Origin: Candidatus Woesebacteria bacterium
GTDB taxonomy: Bacteria; Patescibacteriota; Microgenomatia; UBA1400; PJMF01
DNA length: 64,000 nt
Assembly (NCBI GenBank): GCA_050123235.1
Contig: JASFHL010000004.1
Span: 40,558-104,557 of the forward strand
Direction of reading: 5' to 3'
The position numbers were made by a program, and so were the translations under genes. Each line of letters opens with the position of its first letter. The first letter of the stretch is position 1. The notes under the pieces were generated by a model. That model did not search any database. It was not told where the DNA came from and saw only the letters and a program-made list of their open reading frames with translations. Below are positions 27,722 through 37,469 of this stretch, in pieces.

Positions 27722-28948
27722 CTATAACTCTTTTTTCTCTTTAATCAATAAGCTGAGCATTACCCCTACACTAGCTATCACAAATAGAGCTTTCCAAGCA
27801 TCAGTAAAAAAGACAAAAACCGCTGCAAAGAGTAACCAAAAAATAATTGCTGCAATAGCTACCACCATTTCTCTATAAACAAAATATGATAAAGGCTCCC
27901 GGCCTTTAGCTCTAATCAACCAAAGTCTATCAAAAAACATCCAATGGAAATTACTAGTCAGTCTTCCCAAACTATCAACTACAGCGATACTCCAAACATT
28001 GGCAATTTGGGTACGCAGAAACCAAAGTAGTGACAAAACTCCCCCTGAAACAAAAAATGGTTTTTTATTTTTGTGCTGATCAATAAAAGAACCAATAAAA
28101 TAGCTTACTATCATGGCAATAAGCAAAGAAATACTATAAAGAAAACCAACTTTATCTACCGCTCCTAAGATCACAAACACGTATAGTGGCCAAATAGCTA
28201 AAACTGAATCATTAATGTAACGACCTGCAAAAGACAAGGATAATCTACGAAAAGTTCTTTCCTTTACCCAAGATAAAAACTCACTTAAATTAATCTCATC
28301 TTTCACCTTTTTGAAATTAATCAACATCGAGAAAATTAAAGAAAATAAAACTATCAATAAACCCATTAAAAATAAAACCGGATAACCAAAGTTTACAATC
28401 ACAAAACCACCAATTGCTGGAGAAATCATAGTTGCTAAACTCAAAAAAAATTGGATTACACCTAGATCTTTACCTAAACGACTCTGCCTAGCGTGTTTAC
28501 TTAAAATAGTATGATATGAATTCCAAAAAAAATTGATCTGAATACCATTTATCAAAGCTGCAAAAAAAATAAGGCAGCAATGTTCGCTGGCAAAAAACAT
28601 TGAAACCAGATACAAAGTATAAAGCAAATTAGCTATCACAAAAGACTTATCTAAACCAAGTTTCATCACGATCTGAGCTATAGGAATCCCTATTATCAAC
28701 GTAGTAAAACGCGTAATAATATAAAAAATCGCGATCATAAGCACTGCTTTTTGCAAATGGCTAAAAGACTGGAAAAAGAAAAAGTTCATTTCCGCACTGA
28801 GCTTAAATAAAAAAAGTGGAATAAAAAATAAAACCAATTTGTTGCTCAAAGCTCGGCTGACTCGAATTGCATAAAGTAAATTTAAGTCTCGACTTTTATC
28901 AAAAGTTAAATGTGGTAGGTGAAAGTGGTGAGATCCTATCCTAGGCAT
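27722..28948 (-). CDS. MFS-type transporter
   Basis: About 12 TM segments; ISPAIGG. Confidence 0.75.
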   Translation of the reverse strand: MPRIGSHHFHLPHLTFDKSRDLNLLYAIRVSRALSNKLVLFFIPLFLFKLSAEMNFFFFQSFSHLQKAVLMIAIFYIITRFTTLIIGIPIAQIVMKLGLDKSFVIANLLYTLYLVSMFFASEHCCLIFFAALINGIQINFFWNSYHTILSKHARQSRLGKDLGVIQFFLSLATMISPAIGGFVIVNFGYPVLFLMGLLIVLFSLIFSMLINFKKVKDEINLSEFLSWVKERTFRRLSLSFAGRYINDSVLAIWPLYVFVILGAVDKVGFLYSISLLIAMIVSYFIGSFIDQHKNKKPFFVSGGVLSLLWFLRTQIANVWSIAVVDSLGRLTSNFHWMFFDRLWLIRAKGREPLSYFVYREMVVAIAAIIFWLLFAAVFVFFTDAWKALFVIASVGVMLSLLIKEKKEL

Positions 28949-28991
28949 TTTTTTAAGTTTAGCATTTTTTAGATAAGGAGAGTAGCTACAG

Positions 28992-29585
28992 CTAAGTGCT
29001 CAATAATTCCTCAGCTATCTCTTTTATCAGCATATCTAAACTTTTCCTTTCTTCCTCCTTAAAATCAGTCAGAACATAGCTGCTACCAGTCATACTGCGG
29101 TCGCCAGCCCTATTATCTACACCCACCCTAACATGCCAAAACTGCTCTGTTTTAAGATGCTGGTAAATAGATAAAAGTCCATTATGGATTCTTGGCCCTT
29201 TGCCAAATTGAATTTTATAGCGACCAGTCTCTAAATCAAGGTCATCGTGAATCACAAAAAGATTTGAATAAACTTTAGCTACTTTGTTATAAATTTGCCT
29301 TTGATTATCCTGACTTAACTTCTTTCTATCTTCAAGGGAATCACCTGCCTTAATATCAAAATATTTAAGCACTGCCTGTACTGCTTTACCTGATTCGTTC
29401 ATAAAGGTCTGAGGTTTGACTAAAAAGAAATCTTCACTTTTGCTAATTTCTGAGTGAATTTTTTTAAAACTTTGAAAATTTAGTCCCAAGCATCCAGCTA
29501 AATAATCTACTAACATAAAACCAATATTATGTCTGTTATTTTGATACTTCTGGCCAGGATTACCAAGACCGATGATTACTTTCAT
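28992..29585 (-). CDS. pth: Peptidyl-tRNA hydrolase
   Basis: IIGLGNPG.KY..NRHNIGF, KPQTFMNESG, IHDDLDL, HNGL.SI, YVL..F. Confidence 0.96.
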   Translation of the reverse strand: MKVIIGLGNPGQKYQNNRHNIGFMLVDYLAGCLGLNFQSFKKIHSEISKSEDFFLVKPQTFMNESGKAVQAVLKYFDIKAGDSLEDRKKLSQDNQRQIYNKVAKVYSNLFVIHDDLDLETGRYKIQFGKGPRIHNGLLSIYQHLKTEQFWHVRVGVDNRAGDRSMTGSSYVLTDFKEEERKSLDMLIKEIAEELLST

Positions 29586-29631
29586 ATTTACATTATAACC
29601 TTAAAAAAAATTTAAAGTTATAATAACAAGC
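29586..29631. promoter_or_regulatory. Back-to-back -10 boxes for divergent, probably leaderless transcripts
   Basis: Minus-strand TATAAT (29592-29597) lies 6 nt from the pth ATG; plus-strand TATAAT (29619-29624) lies 7 nt from the GT2 ATG. No SD on either side. Confidence 0.65.
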
Positions 29632-30375
29632 ATGACAAAAAAACCTTTCTTTTCTATCATTATTCCTACCCTCAATGAGGAAAGATATCTCCCTAGATTG
29701 TTAAAAAATCTAGCTGAACAAACTTTTAAAAACTTTGAAGTGATTCATGTTGATGGTAACTCTGATGATCAAACAGTTAGCAAAGCAAAAGCATTTGCCA
29801 AAAAACTTTCAATCAAAACATTTGTTGTTAAAAAAAGAAGTGTCAGTTTTCAAAGAAACACTGGTGCCAAAAAAGCAAAAGCTAAATGGATTATTTTCAT
29901 GGATGCAGACATTGAATTACCAGCATCTTTTCTTGAAAAGATTGAAAAAAAACTTACTAAACTTAAAAAAAAGGTAGATTTCTTTACCTGTTATCAAGAA
30001 AGTAAAAACTATCCACTAAAATTTAAATTATTAGCGCACAGCAGTAATCTCATCAGCACAATCATGAAAAAATTTAGATCTTTAGCTCCAGGAGCATTAC
30101 TTGGTATTAGAAAAATTTATACAACTAAAATTTCTTTTAATCAAAAATTTGACGGCTATGAAGATTACGATTATTGTAATCAGGCTAGCAAAAAAGGATA
30201 TCAGTTCCAACTTTTTAAAAATCCAAAATTTACTTACTCAATGAGAAGAGTAAAAAAAGAAGGATTAATTAAAATTTTGTTTGAACAATTTAAGCTCAAT
30301 CTAGAATTAACTAGAAAAAAACAATTAGTTAATAAGTCAAAACGTAAAATGTTGGGTGGGGCTTCTTATAATTAA
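29632..30375 (+). CDS. Glycosyltransferase family 2
   Basis: SIIIPTLNEE, VDGNSDD.T, QRN.GA, FMDAD, ED.D. Confidence 0.92.
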   Translation: MTKKPFFSIIIPTLNEERYLPRLLKNLAEQTFKNFEVIHVDGNSDDQTVSKAKAFAKKLSIKTFVVKKRSVSFQRNTGAKKAKAKWIIFMDADIELPASFLEKIEKKLTKLKKKVDFFTCYQESKNYPLKFKLLAHSSNLISTIMKKFRSLAPGALLGIRKIYTTKISFNQKFDGYEDYDYCNQASKKGYQFQLFKNPKFTYSMRRVKKEGLIKILFEQFKLNLELTRKKQLVNKSKRKMLGGASYN

Positions 30376-30401
30376 AGCTAATATAAAATAACTTGACTAA
30401 A

Positions 30402-31274
30402 CTATTTTTTAATTGTTTTTTCTAGTAAAAGCTTTCTTAATTCCTCTACATTCATCTTTTTTATCTTGTCTTTTAAAGCTTTGGTGGATAAAAGTTGTTT
30501 CAGTTTCACCAACAATTCATAATCATCAGCTAATAAAGATTTAGGATTTTTAACTCCTTTGACTAAATCAATTAAAGGGAAAATGTTCATCAGACGATTG
30601 ATAAACTTATAATCCTCTAGAGAAAGAGTTTTTTGGCGAGCAATTTCTCTTAAAATTTCAGCATATTCATTCAAATATTCTTTGATACCCCATAAATAAC
30701 CACCTTTGGCTGTCTTTAAAAGAGTGTCCAGACCTTTGAGGGAAATCCTGACTGTTTTTTTATCTTTAAGTGCATCATTGAGTAGCAACTCCACGCCAAA
30801 GCGACTTTTTGCCATTGCTCTAAGATAAGGCAAAAGATCTTTTTTATAATAAACCCTTTCTCCGGTAAAAGATGACCAACCGTGTTTCAGATAATTGTGA
30901 CAACCCAAAACAATATCTGCTTTTTTTTGCAGAATTGGACTTAATAGTTTTTCAATATGCTCATCAGTGAGATGAAGTAAATCAGCATCCATGAAAAGAA
31001 TAATCTCTCCTCTAGCTTTTTTAATCCCCTTAGCCATAGCATTACCTTTACCTTTATTTTTTTTAAGATTGATTAAAGTAATGTTTTTACCCAGTTGCTT
31101 GAGCTCAGCTAAACTAGCATCAGTAGAAGCATCGTTGATACAAATTACCTCTGTAATTAGAGGGTTATTGAATAGAGTTTCAGCCACTATCTTGACTGTT
31201 TTCTCTTCGTTGTAAACAGGAACAATAGCTGAGATCAAAAGGCGTTTGGAGCTAGAATCTTTTTTGTGAATCAT
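30402..31274 (-). CDS. Glycosyltransferase family 2 (polyprenyl-phosphate glycosyltransferase-like)
   Basis: SAIVPVYNEE, INDASTD, NKGKG.AM..G, FMDADL, FGVE. The ATG at 31274 is preferred because the ORF-track start at 31367 overlaps the divergent gene. Confidence 0.88.
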   Translation of the reverse strand: MIHKKDSSSKRLLISAIVPVYNEEKTVKIVAETLFNNPLITEVICINDASTDASLAELKQLGKNITLINLKKNKGKGNAMAKGIKKARGEIILFMDADLLHLTDEHIEKLLSPILQKKADIVLGCHNYLKHGWSSFTGERVYYKKDLLPYLRAMAKSRFGVELLLNDALKDKKTVRISLKGLDTLLKTAKGGYLWGIKEYLNEYAEILREIARQKTLSLEDYKFINRLMNIFPLIDLVKGVKNPKSLLADDYELLVKLKQLLSTKALKDKIKKMNVEELRKLLLEKTIKK

Positions 31275-31316
31275 CTTTCTTATTATAACCTCAATCATTA
31301 AGGTTATAATACACAT
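31275..31316. promoter_or_regulatory. Symmetric divergent promoter (AGGTTATAAT on both strands)
   Basis: ATTATAACCT (31282-31291) and AGGTTATAAT (31301-31310); the -10 boxes lie 7 and 6 nt from the two ATGs. Confidence 0.65.
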
Positions 31317-32141
31317 ATGAATTTTATTAAAAGCTTTGACGATAAAAAAATCGTTTACACTTGGCAAAGTAAAGACACCAACTCAAAAAATCAAAAAACC
31401 TTGGTTTTTATTCATGGTTTGGGTGGTAGTCCTAATGCGCTTATTCCGCTAATTAAAAAGGTCAGTGCTTTATTACCTAATTATCAAATAATTTTTTATG
31501 AATTAAGAGGACACGGCCGATCAAGCAAGACTTTTCCAAAAGATGCAAAGGATTTTGTTAGTACCCATGCCAGAGACCTGCAGCAATTATGTTTGAATCT
31601 AAAGCTAAATTCACCAATCTTCCTTGGTCACAGTCTGGGAGGTCTGGTTATTCAAGAATACTTAAATCAGCAACTTAATCCTTTGCCACAAAAAAAAGTC
31701 TTGATTTGCACAATGACTAAAACACCAAACTTATCAATTTCCAATAAATTCTGGTTCTCTTTACTCAAAAAACTACCTCAGCTGCAAAAAGAAATCACCA
31801 GCAGGCCAGTAGATTTTTATTTACAATTCCAAAATGGCCATGACATAAATCTAAAAAGACTATATGCTGATACAAAAGTGGTAGGAGGTCTTAAAAGGTG
31901 GCTGATTTTACTTGCCTCTTTATTTGGCTATGAAAATAGCAATTTAGAGAACCTTGACCAAGAAGATACACTTTTTATCATAGGCAAAAAAGACTGGTTC
32001 GTAGATGAACGAGGAGAACTAAAAAGATTAAAAAAATTAGAAAAGATCAATTTAGAATTTATCAACTCCAATCATATTAGTCCGCTCACCAATACAGAAA
32101 ATCTAGCTCAAGTAATAAACAATTTTATTATTAAAAATTAA
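31317..32141 (+). CDS. Alpha/beta hydrolase
   Basis: FIHGLGG, LRGHGRS, nucleophile GHSLGG, GKKD, and a C-terminal His. Confidence 0.9.
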   Translation: MNFIKSFDDKKIVYTWQSKDTNSKNQKTLVFIHGLGGSPNALIPLIKKVSALLPNYQIIFYELRGHGRSSKTFPKDAKDFVSTHARDLQQLCLNLKLNSPIFLGHSLGGLVIQEYLNQQLNPLPQKKVLICTMTKTPNLSISNKFWFSLLKKLPQLQKEITSRPVDFYLQFQNGHDINLKRLYADTKVVGGLKRWLILLASLFGYENSNLENLDQEDTLFIIGKKDWFVDERGELKRLKKLEKINLEFINSNHISPLTNTENLAQVINNFIIKN

Positions 32142-32203
32142 TTAAATTTATCACAAAATTCCGCAGTAAGGTCTTGCCTTTAGGTAAAACCAGTCTCAAA
32201 ATC

Positions 32204-33406
32204 ATGAAAAAGAAAATCCTTATCTTCTCTACTGTTCAAGGGCATGCCAGCATTGCTGAAGCTATTAGTGAATACCTAAATAAAAAAAACTTTGCTTGTC
32301 AAATTTATAGTTATCGGGAAAAATTTATAAGTTTTTATTGTCTTATTTATCAGTATAATCCCAGCATATTTGTTCATTTTTATCAATTGGGTGATAAAAA
32401 AAAATTTAACAAAATTTTTCGCCAATTGACAATTAAAAGATATAAGAGAATTTTATTAAAATCAATTCTAGAAACAAAACCAGACCTGATCATCAGCACC
32501 TATTTTGTTTTTAATCCAGCTCTCGAAAAAATTGCCAAAGAATTAAAAATTCCTTTTATTAATATCGTCTGTAATCCTTGGACTATTTCTCCTCTGGAAA
32601 TATCAAAACCTGCTCTAGTGAACTGCATTTTTGACAAGAATTCTCAAGAAGAAATTAAAAAAAGAGCCTTTCCAAGCAAAAACGATCAAAACCAAGCCAA
32701 GTTGCAAATAACAGGCTGGTTTGTGCGTAAACAATATCAAGAAAAATATAATGAAAAACAAGTAAAAAAATCACTAGGGCTCGATCCTGATCAACTCATT
32801 TTTCTTTTTGTCACTGGTTATGAAGGCACTAATGTTATTCTGGAGAATCTTAAAAACCTAATCAATGAAGATAGTGAGCAAGTTAAAAATAAAGCTGTAC
32901 AAATCCTTGTGGCTTGTGGCAAAAATAAAAAATTACTAAAAAAAGTGAAGGCACTAGTTAAACAAAAATTTCAAAAAGCAAAATTGGCTGATCAAGAAAA
33001 AAACAAAACTTCCAAGGGATCATATCTTATTCAAGAACATTTTCACTTAATCCCCATTGGCTTTACTGACAAACTTTATCAATACATGCAAGCTGCTGAT
33101 TTGGTGATTGGTAAAGCTGGCCCCAACACTTTATTTGAATCAGTGGCAACCCTTACTCCATTTTTTGCTACTACCCATATCGCTGGTCAAGAAACTGGTA
33201 ATTTGGATTTAATTAGAAAACATAACTTAGGCTTTGTGGAAGAAAATCCTGAACAGGCCCAAAAAAAACTTCTGGAAATTATTGATCAACCAGAAATGCT
33301 AAATAAATTTAAGCCTCATTTGAAAAAAATGGCGGAGTATAACTGCGAGGCAAAAAAAAAGTTGATGGAACTGATTGGGAGCTTAGAAGTGGAAAATAAT
33401 ATCTGA
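32204..33406 (+). CDS. Diacylglycerol glycosyltransferase (MGDG synthase/UgtP-like, GT28)
   Basis: GH.S.AEAI, KPDLIIST, VACGKN, GFTD....MQAADL.IGKAGP.T..E, GQE.GN. The ATG at 32204 is preferred. Confidence 0.85.
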   Translation: MKKKILIFSTVQGHASIAEAISEYLNKKNFACQIYSYREKFISFYCLIYQYNPSIFVHFYQLGDKKKFNKIFRQLTIKRYKRILLKSILETKPDLIISTYFVFNPALEKIAKELKIPFINIVCNPWTISPLEISKPALVNCIFDKNSQEEIKKRAFPSKNDQNQAKLQITGWFVRKQYQEKYNEKQVKKSLGLDPDQLIFLFVTGYEGTNVILENLKNLINEDSEQVKNKAVQILVACGKNKKLLKKVKALVKQKFQKAKLADQEKNKTSKGSYLIQEHFHLIPIGFTDKLYQYMQAADLVIGKAGPNTLFESVATLTPFFATTHIAGQETGNLDLIRKHNLGFVEENPEQAQKKLLEIIDQPEMLNKFKPHLKKMAEYNCEAKKKLMELIGSLEVENNI

Positions 33407-33434
33407 TGAGCAATCAACTATATTGAACCAACCT

Positions 33435-35318
33435 CTACCCTCTAATCCTCTCAATCTCCTCCGCCGTAGTCACATCTTCCCAACCTTTATCTTTTCTAAA
33501 CTTCACCAATCTTGGAAAACGCAAAGCCACGCCCGCACTGTGAGCTGGAGATTTAGTAATAGCGTCAGCTGCTATTTCCACTACAATTTTGGGAGCGACC
33601 CAGACATCAGGTTTTAAATTCTTATTTACCTGATATGCTGCTGGTTTTTTTCCCACTTTAGCTTCATCGCAACGTTTTTTCATTTGTCGCAATTGCTCAT
33701 CAGTGAGCCCAGTGCCTATTTTAGCAATGGTAGTAATTTTTTCCTCTTTATCCAAAATCCCAGCCAAAAAAGCACCCATTCCAAAACTAGCTCTTTTACC
33801 ACGACCACGATAATAACCCATCACTAGTAAATCAAGCGTATCTCGCAATTGACCGTGCTTACCTTCTTCTTCTTTAATTTTGACCCAACGCCAACCCTTT
33901 CGCCCACTACGATAAACACTGTCGATGCGCTTGATTACTGCCCCTTCTAATCCTAAAGCCAATTGCTCTTCATGAAATTTTCTAAGTTTTTCTGCATCAG
34001 TAGTTTTTAAAAATGGAGTTTGTTGTAAAACTTGATTATTTTTAAAAAGTTTTTTAAGTATTTTTTTTCTTGATAACAAATCTTTGTTCAATAAGGATTT
34101 ATCATCAACTGCCAAAACATCAAATACATAAAAACGAATTGGTAATGTTTCAGCCTTCTTACCTACATGATGCTTACGTTTACGAGTGATAGTTTCTTGA
34201 AAAGATAAAATCTTAGCTGTTTTTTTATCTATCCCTACTGCCTCAGCATCTAAAATACAGGACGAACAATTAATTTTATCCAAAATCCTGCTTAACTCCG
34301 GAAACATGTGTGAAGCATTATCCAAGTTGCGAGTAAAAACTGCCACAGACAAAGACTTAGATTGCGTGGATTTTTTTTGATCTGACTCTAATGCTGCTGC
34401 AGCTAAATTTCTCTTTTTATTAATATGGATTTGCACTCGCAAGCCATCATATTTTGGTTCAGCCAGGACTTCATGCATTTTTTCAATGATCTCAGCTGCA
34501 GAATTTAAACGCTGACAAAGTGCTGGCATCACTGGCACACCCACTTCAATTGCATAACTAGCCAAAAATTTTTCAATTTCTTTTTGAGTAGCCTTTTTGC
34601 CTAACTGAACTAAAAGATAGCCTTTAGCTAATTTACCAATATCAGCTTTTTTTTGATAAGCTTCATCTAAAACTTGATTATCAGATTTATTGCCATGTTT
34701 AGCCCATGATAAAGCATCAATCATAGTCATGGTGGAAAAACCTAAACGCAATTTGCCAATAATAATTCTAATCACAAATTTGGCGGAAATTGCATCAAGC
34801 TTAGCTAAAAGTTCCACAGTGCCTTTAATTTTTCGTTCCTGTGAGCCTGTACCAGCTTCTTTGGCAATTAAAAGCAGCTCTTGGTAAACTTGATTTAAAG
34901 AAGTCTTAGCTTTTAAAGATAATTTTGCTGATTCCACAATTTTCTCACCCACCAAACCTAAATCCCCCATTTTCTTATATTGCTTCCAGACTTTTGTTTC
35001 ATAAAAACTAAAGTCTGATTCATTAAAAAGATTAACAGTATTAGCTGAAGCAGGAGAAGCTTGTGAACGATGTTTAGCTGAATCTTTTTTGAGTCTTGCC
35101 TCTAATCTGGCTAAAACTCTAATCAACATTTTTACAGATAAATTAAATTCTAAAGACTCATACTTAGGGACTAATTTCCCTTGCATTAAATAACAAGCTG
35201 CTTCTATTTCTGACTGTTCAAGTTTCTTAAATAAGTCTGCCAATTGTACTGTCATGGTGAGGCGAGAAGAGGTTTTTTCTAGTTTTTGTAGGTAAGAGGC
35301 GAATTCTTTAAAAGTCAT
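33435..35318 (-). CDS. lig: ATP-dependent DNA ligase with N-terminal DNA-binding domain (archaeal/eukaryotic type)
   Basis: LRLG, motif I EPKYDGLRVQIH, ILDAEAV, FDVL, EGAVIK, WVKIK, IGTGLTD, LRFPR...R.DK. The ATG at 35318 is preferred. Confidence 0.93.
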   Translation of the reverse strand: MTFKEFASYLQKLEKTSSRLTMTVQLADLFKKLEQSEIEAACYLMQGKLVPKYESLEFNLSVKMLIRVLARLEARLKKDSAKHRSQASPASANTVNLFNESDFSFYETKVWKQYKKMGDLGLVGEKIVESAKLSLKAKTSLNQVYQELLLIAKEAGTGSQERKIKGTVELLAKLDAISAKFVIRIIIGKLRLGFSTMTMIDALSWAKHGNKSDNQVLDEAYQKKADIGKLAKGYLLVQLGKKATQKEIEKFLASYAIEVGVPVMPALCQRLNSAAEIIEKMHEVLAEPKYDGLRVQIHINKKRNLAAAALESDQKKSTQSKSLSVAVFTRNLDNASHMFPELSRILDKINCSSCILDAEAVGIDKKTAKILSFQETITRKRKHHVGKKAETLPIRFYVFDVLAVDDKSLLNKDLLSRKKILKKLFKNNQVLQQTPFLKTTDAEKLRKFHEEQLALGLEGAVIKRIDSVYRSGRKGWRWVKIKEEEGKHGQLRDTLDLLVMGYYRGRGKRASFGMGAFLAGILDKEEKITTIAKIGTGLTDEQLRQMKKRCDEAKVGKKPAAYQVNKNLKPDVWVAPKIVVEIAADAITKSPAHSAGVALRFPRLVKFRKDKGWEDVTTAEEIERIRG

Positions 35319-35404
35319 AGTTTCAGATATAAAGCTCAATTACAAAATAAATCTTGAGATAATTGTAATATATTTTAGCATTTAATACTTTAGACAGTAT
35401 TTTA

Positions 35405-35803
35405 TTAGAATAATTTGGATAACCATATTATGTGGTATTTTTTTGGAATTCGGTGATTAGATAAAGTTCTAGCTATTTGCTGAGCTGACTGAATAGGCAC
35501 GAATATAACTGAGGGTAAGCCAATTCTAAGCTTAGGATCAACGAATTGTAAATAGCTATGATCTAATAAATAAAATTGTCGACTGTTAGGAACTCTAAGT
35601 TTCATAAATTCGTGGCGAATTGACCCTAGAGCATAGCCAATTCTTTCAACTCTAATACCTGCTCGTTCCAAAATCTCAGCTAATTCTGGACCAATCATAA
35701 AACACATTCTGTCTAATGAATGAAGATTTTCTAGATTTAATTTTTTGGCGACATTTTTTCTAGATTGGTTTGTTGCTTGAGAAATAATCTTCTTATACTC
35801 CAT
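35405..35803 (-). CDS. Hypothetical protein
   Basis: 132-aa ORF with a C...H...D..Y.QF pattern faintly like transglutaminase/papain-fold triads; this resemblance is speculative. Confidence 0.55.
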   Translation of the reverse strand: MEYKKIISQATNQSRKNVAKKLNLENLHSLDRMCFMIGPELAEILERAGIRVERIGYALGSIRHEFMKLRVPNSRQFYLLDHSYLQFVDPKLRIGLPSVIFVPIQSAQQIARTLSNHRIPKKYHIIWLSKLF

Positions 35804-35933
35804 AACTTAATTTTACTTGATTAACAGCCTCTTAGTTAAAGCAAAAATCATTAAAACAAACATTAATCACTAGACAAATCAATTATAATTAAAGTTAATA
35901 TCTAAAATATATCAAACTATTTCAAAAAAATAT

Positions 35934-37076
35934 ATGCCAAGCGCAAGAATAGAGCAACTAAGAAAGAGATTTAGCCCACTTGAGATAAGAAGGCGAAGAC
36001 ATGAACACGCTGAAGCTGCAGCTCAAGAAGAAGAAAGAGACTGGCAGTCTAAAAAAGCGCAGGCAGAATCTGCTTTATCAGATCTAGAGCGAGAAAAAAG
36101 GGGAATTACGCAAAAAATCCAAGCATTAGAAACAAGAAGAGACTTAATCAATTCAGATGAATATGAATTACAATCTCTTCACTTAAAATGCGAAAGATTA
36201 CAAAATTCTCTAGAAGAGAGACGTCGAAAACAAAATGTTGAAAAAGCAAAGATTAGACTTGGTGAGGAAGTCAGGCCCGATGAAAAATACTCTCCATATT
36301 ATTTAGAACAAGAAATAGCGAAGAAAAAAGTAGAATTAAGAGAATCAGTAGCAAGCTTAAAAGCAAGGAATGAAGAGATTGAGGATCTTAAAACTTTGTT
36401 GATGGCAGCTACAGAAGCAGATGAATTCGATAAAAGAATACAAGCCATAGCTGAACAAATAGAAATACTTAATGCAGCAAGACCATGGCTTAAAAAACTT
36501 TTAGGAACAGTGACTGAAGAGCAGGTTCAACTTTTAGCTAAGCTTGAAAAACTGAGAACGGCTCAAGTCAATGTGTCAACAATGGCAGCAGATCAAAGAG
36601 TAACACTCATCAATCAATGGCAAAAAACATTATTGAAAGCGAAAAAAGAAGCATTGGAAAATAAATGTGGAATTATAGATCTTCAAGCTGATCTTACTTT
36701 TCTAAAAAACTGTCCAGAAACTAATCTCCTACCAGACGATCTTGATAAAATAACTAAGCGCTGGCTCAAAAGATTAAGTAGAGAAGTTGCAGAGCTGGGA
36801 CTAAGTATTGCTGCTCCTGATGCTTTGTTTTCTCTACTAGCAATCATAGCTCAAGCAATTATTCTAAGCCAACAAGGCTATGATTATCTAAAACTACCTC
36901 CTCAAATATATCGAGAAGCTATTAATCATCTTACGCTGGTACTTGCATCTAATACTATCTTAGGAGCTACTCTTATCTATGGCTCAATAAGAATAAGTTC
37001 TAAACTTGAAACTTGGCCTTCTGATGTCTATTTAGGTCCTCTAAAAAGAAGAATGAAATCTCATCGCTCACGTTAA
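35934..37076 (+). CDS. Coiled-coil hypothetical protein with C-terminal hydrophobic segments
   Basis: 380 aa with E/K/R/L/Q-rich heptads and two hydrophobic stretches near the C-terminus. Confidence 0.7.
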   Translation: MPSARIEQLRKRFSPLEIRRRRHEHAEAAAQEEERDWQSKKAQAESALSDLEREKRGITQKIQALETRRDLINSDEYELQSLHLKCERLQNSLEERRRKQNVEKAKIRLGEEVRPDEKYSPYYLEQEIAKKKVELRESVASLKARNEEIEDLKTLLMAATEADEFDKRIQAIAEQIEILNAARPWLKKLLGTVTEEQVQLLAKLEKLRTAQVNVSTMAADQRVTLINQWQKTLLKAKKEALENKCGIIDLQADLTFLKNCPETNLLPDDLDKITKRWLKRLSREVAELGLSIAAPDALFSLLAIIAQAIILSQQGYDYLKLPPQIYREAINHLTLVLASNTILGATLIYGSIRISSKLETWPSDVYLGPLKRRMKSHRSR

Positions 37077-37090
37077 ATCTTAAGGTGTTG

Positions 37091-37170
37091 TTTAGAACAT
37101 TATTACCCATCAATCTAAAAGCCGTTCACTGCAACGTTTTATATTCTTTTAAAATACAAGGCTCACTTAG
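37091..37170 (-). repeat. 3' half copy of the dispersed element
   Basis: Minus strand reads CTAAGTGAGCCTTGTATTTTAAAAGAATATAAAACGTTGCAGTGAACGGC...TAATAATGTTCTAAA, matching the 3' half of copies B and E. Confidence 0.75.
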
Positions 37171-37469
37171 TTTAATTAAGATAGTTAATGAATAAAATAT
37201 CTTTCTGTCAATCCAACTTGAATCCATAAATAAACATACAGTAAACTAAACAATAAATTTATAAAAATCGGAATGCGAGGTTAAAATAAAAGCTAAGTTT
37301 AAAAGCTCCATTAACTTTAAAGACTCCGTGTGTCAAGCGAACAAGGAATAAAAGAAAGCTAATAATAAGAAAAAATAGAATCAATTTGGCGCTAAAAAAA
37401 AATTTGCAATTTAAATAGCAAACTAAGCTCCATTTTGGGATAAGTCTTTATTCAGCTACTGATAGAAAA

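Noticed and set aside
24581-37170. Two half copies as one element split by a 12-kb insertion
   Set aside because: For a split minus-strand element the 3' half should lie at the lower coordinate; the observed order is the opposite.
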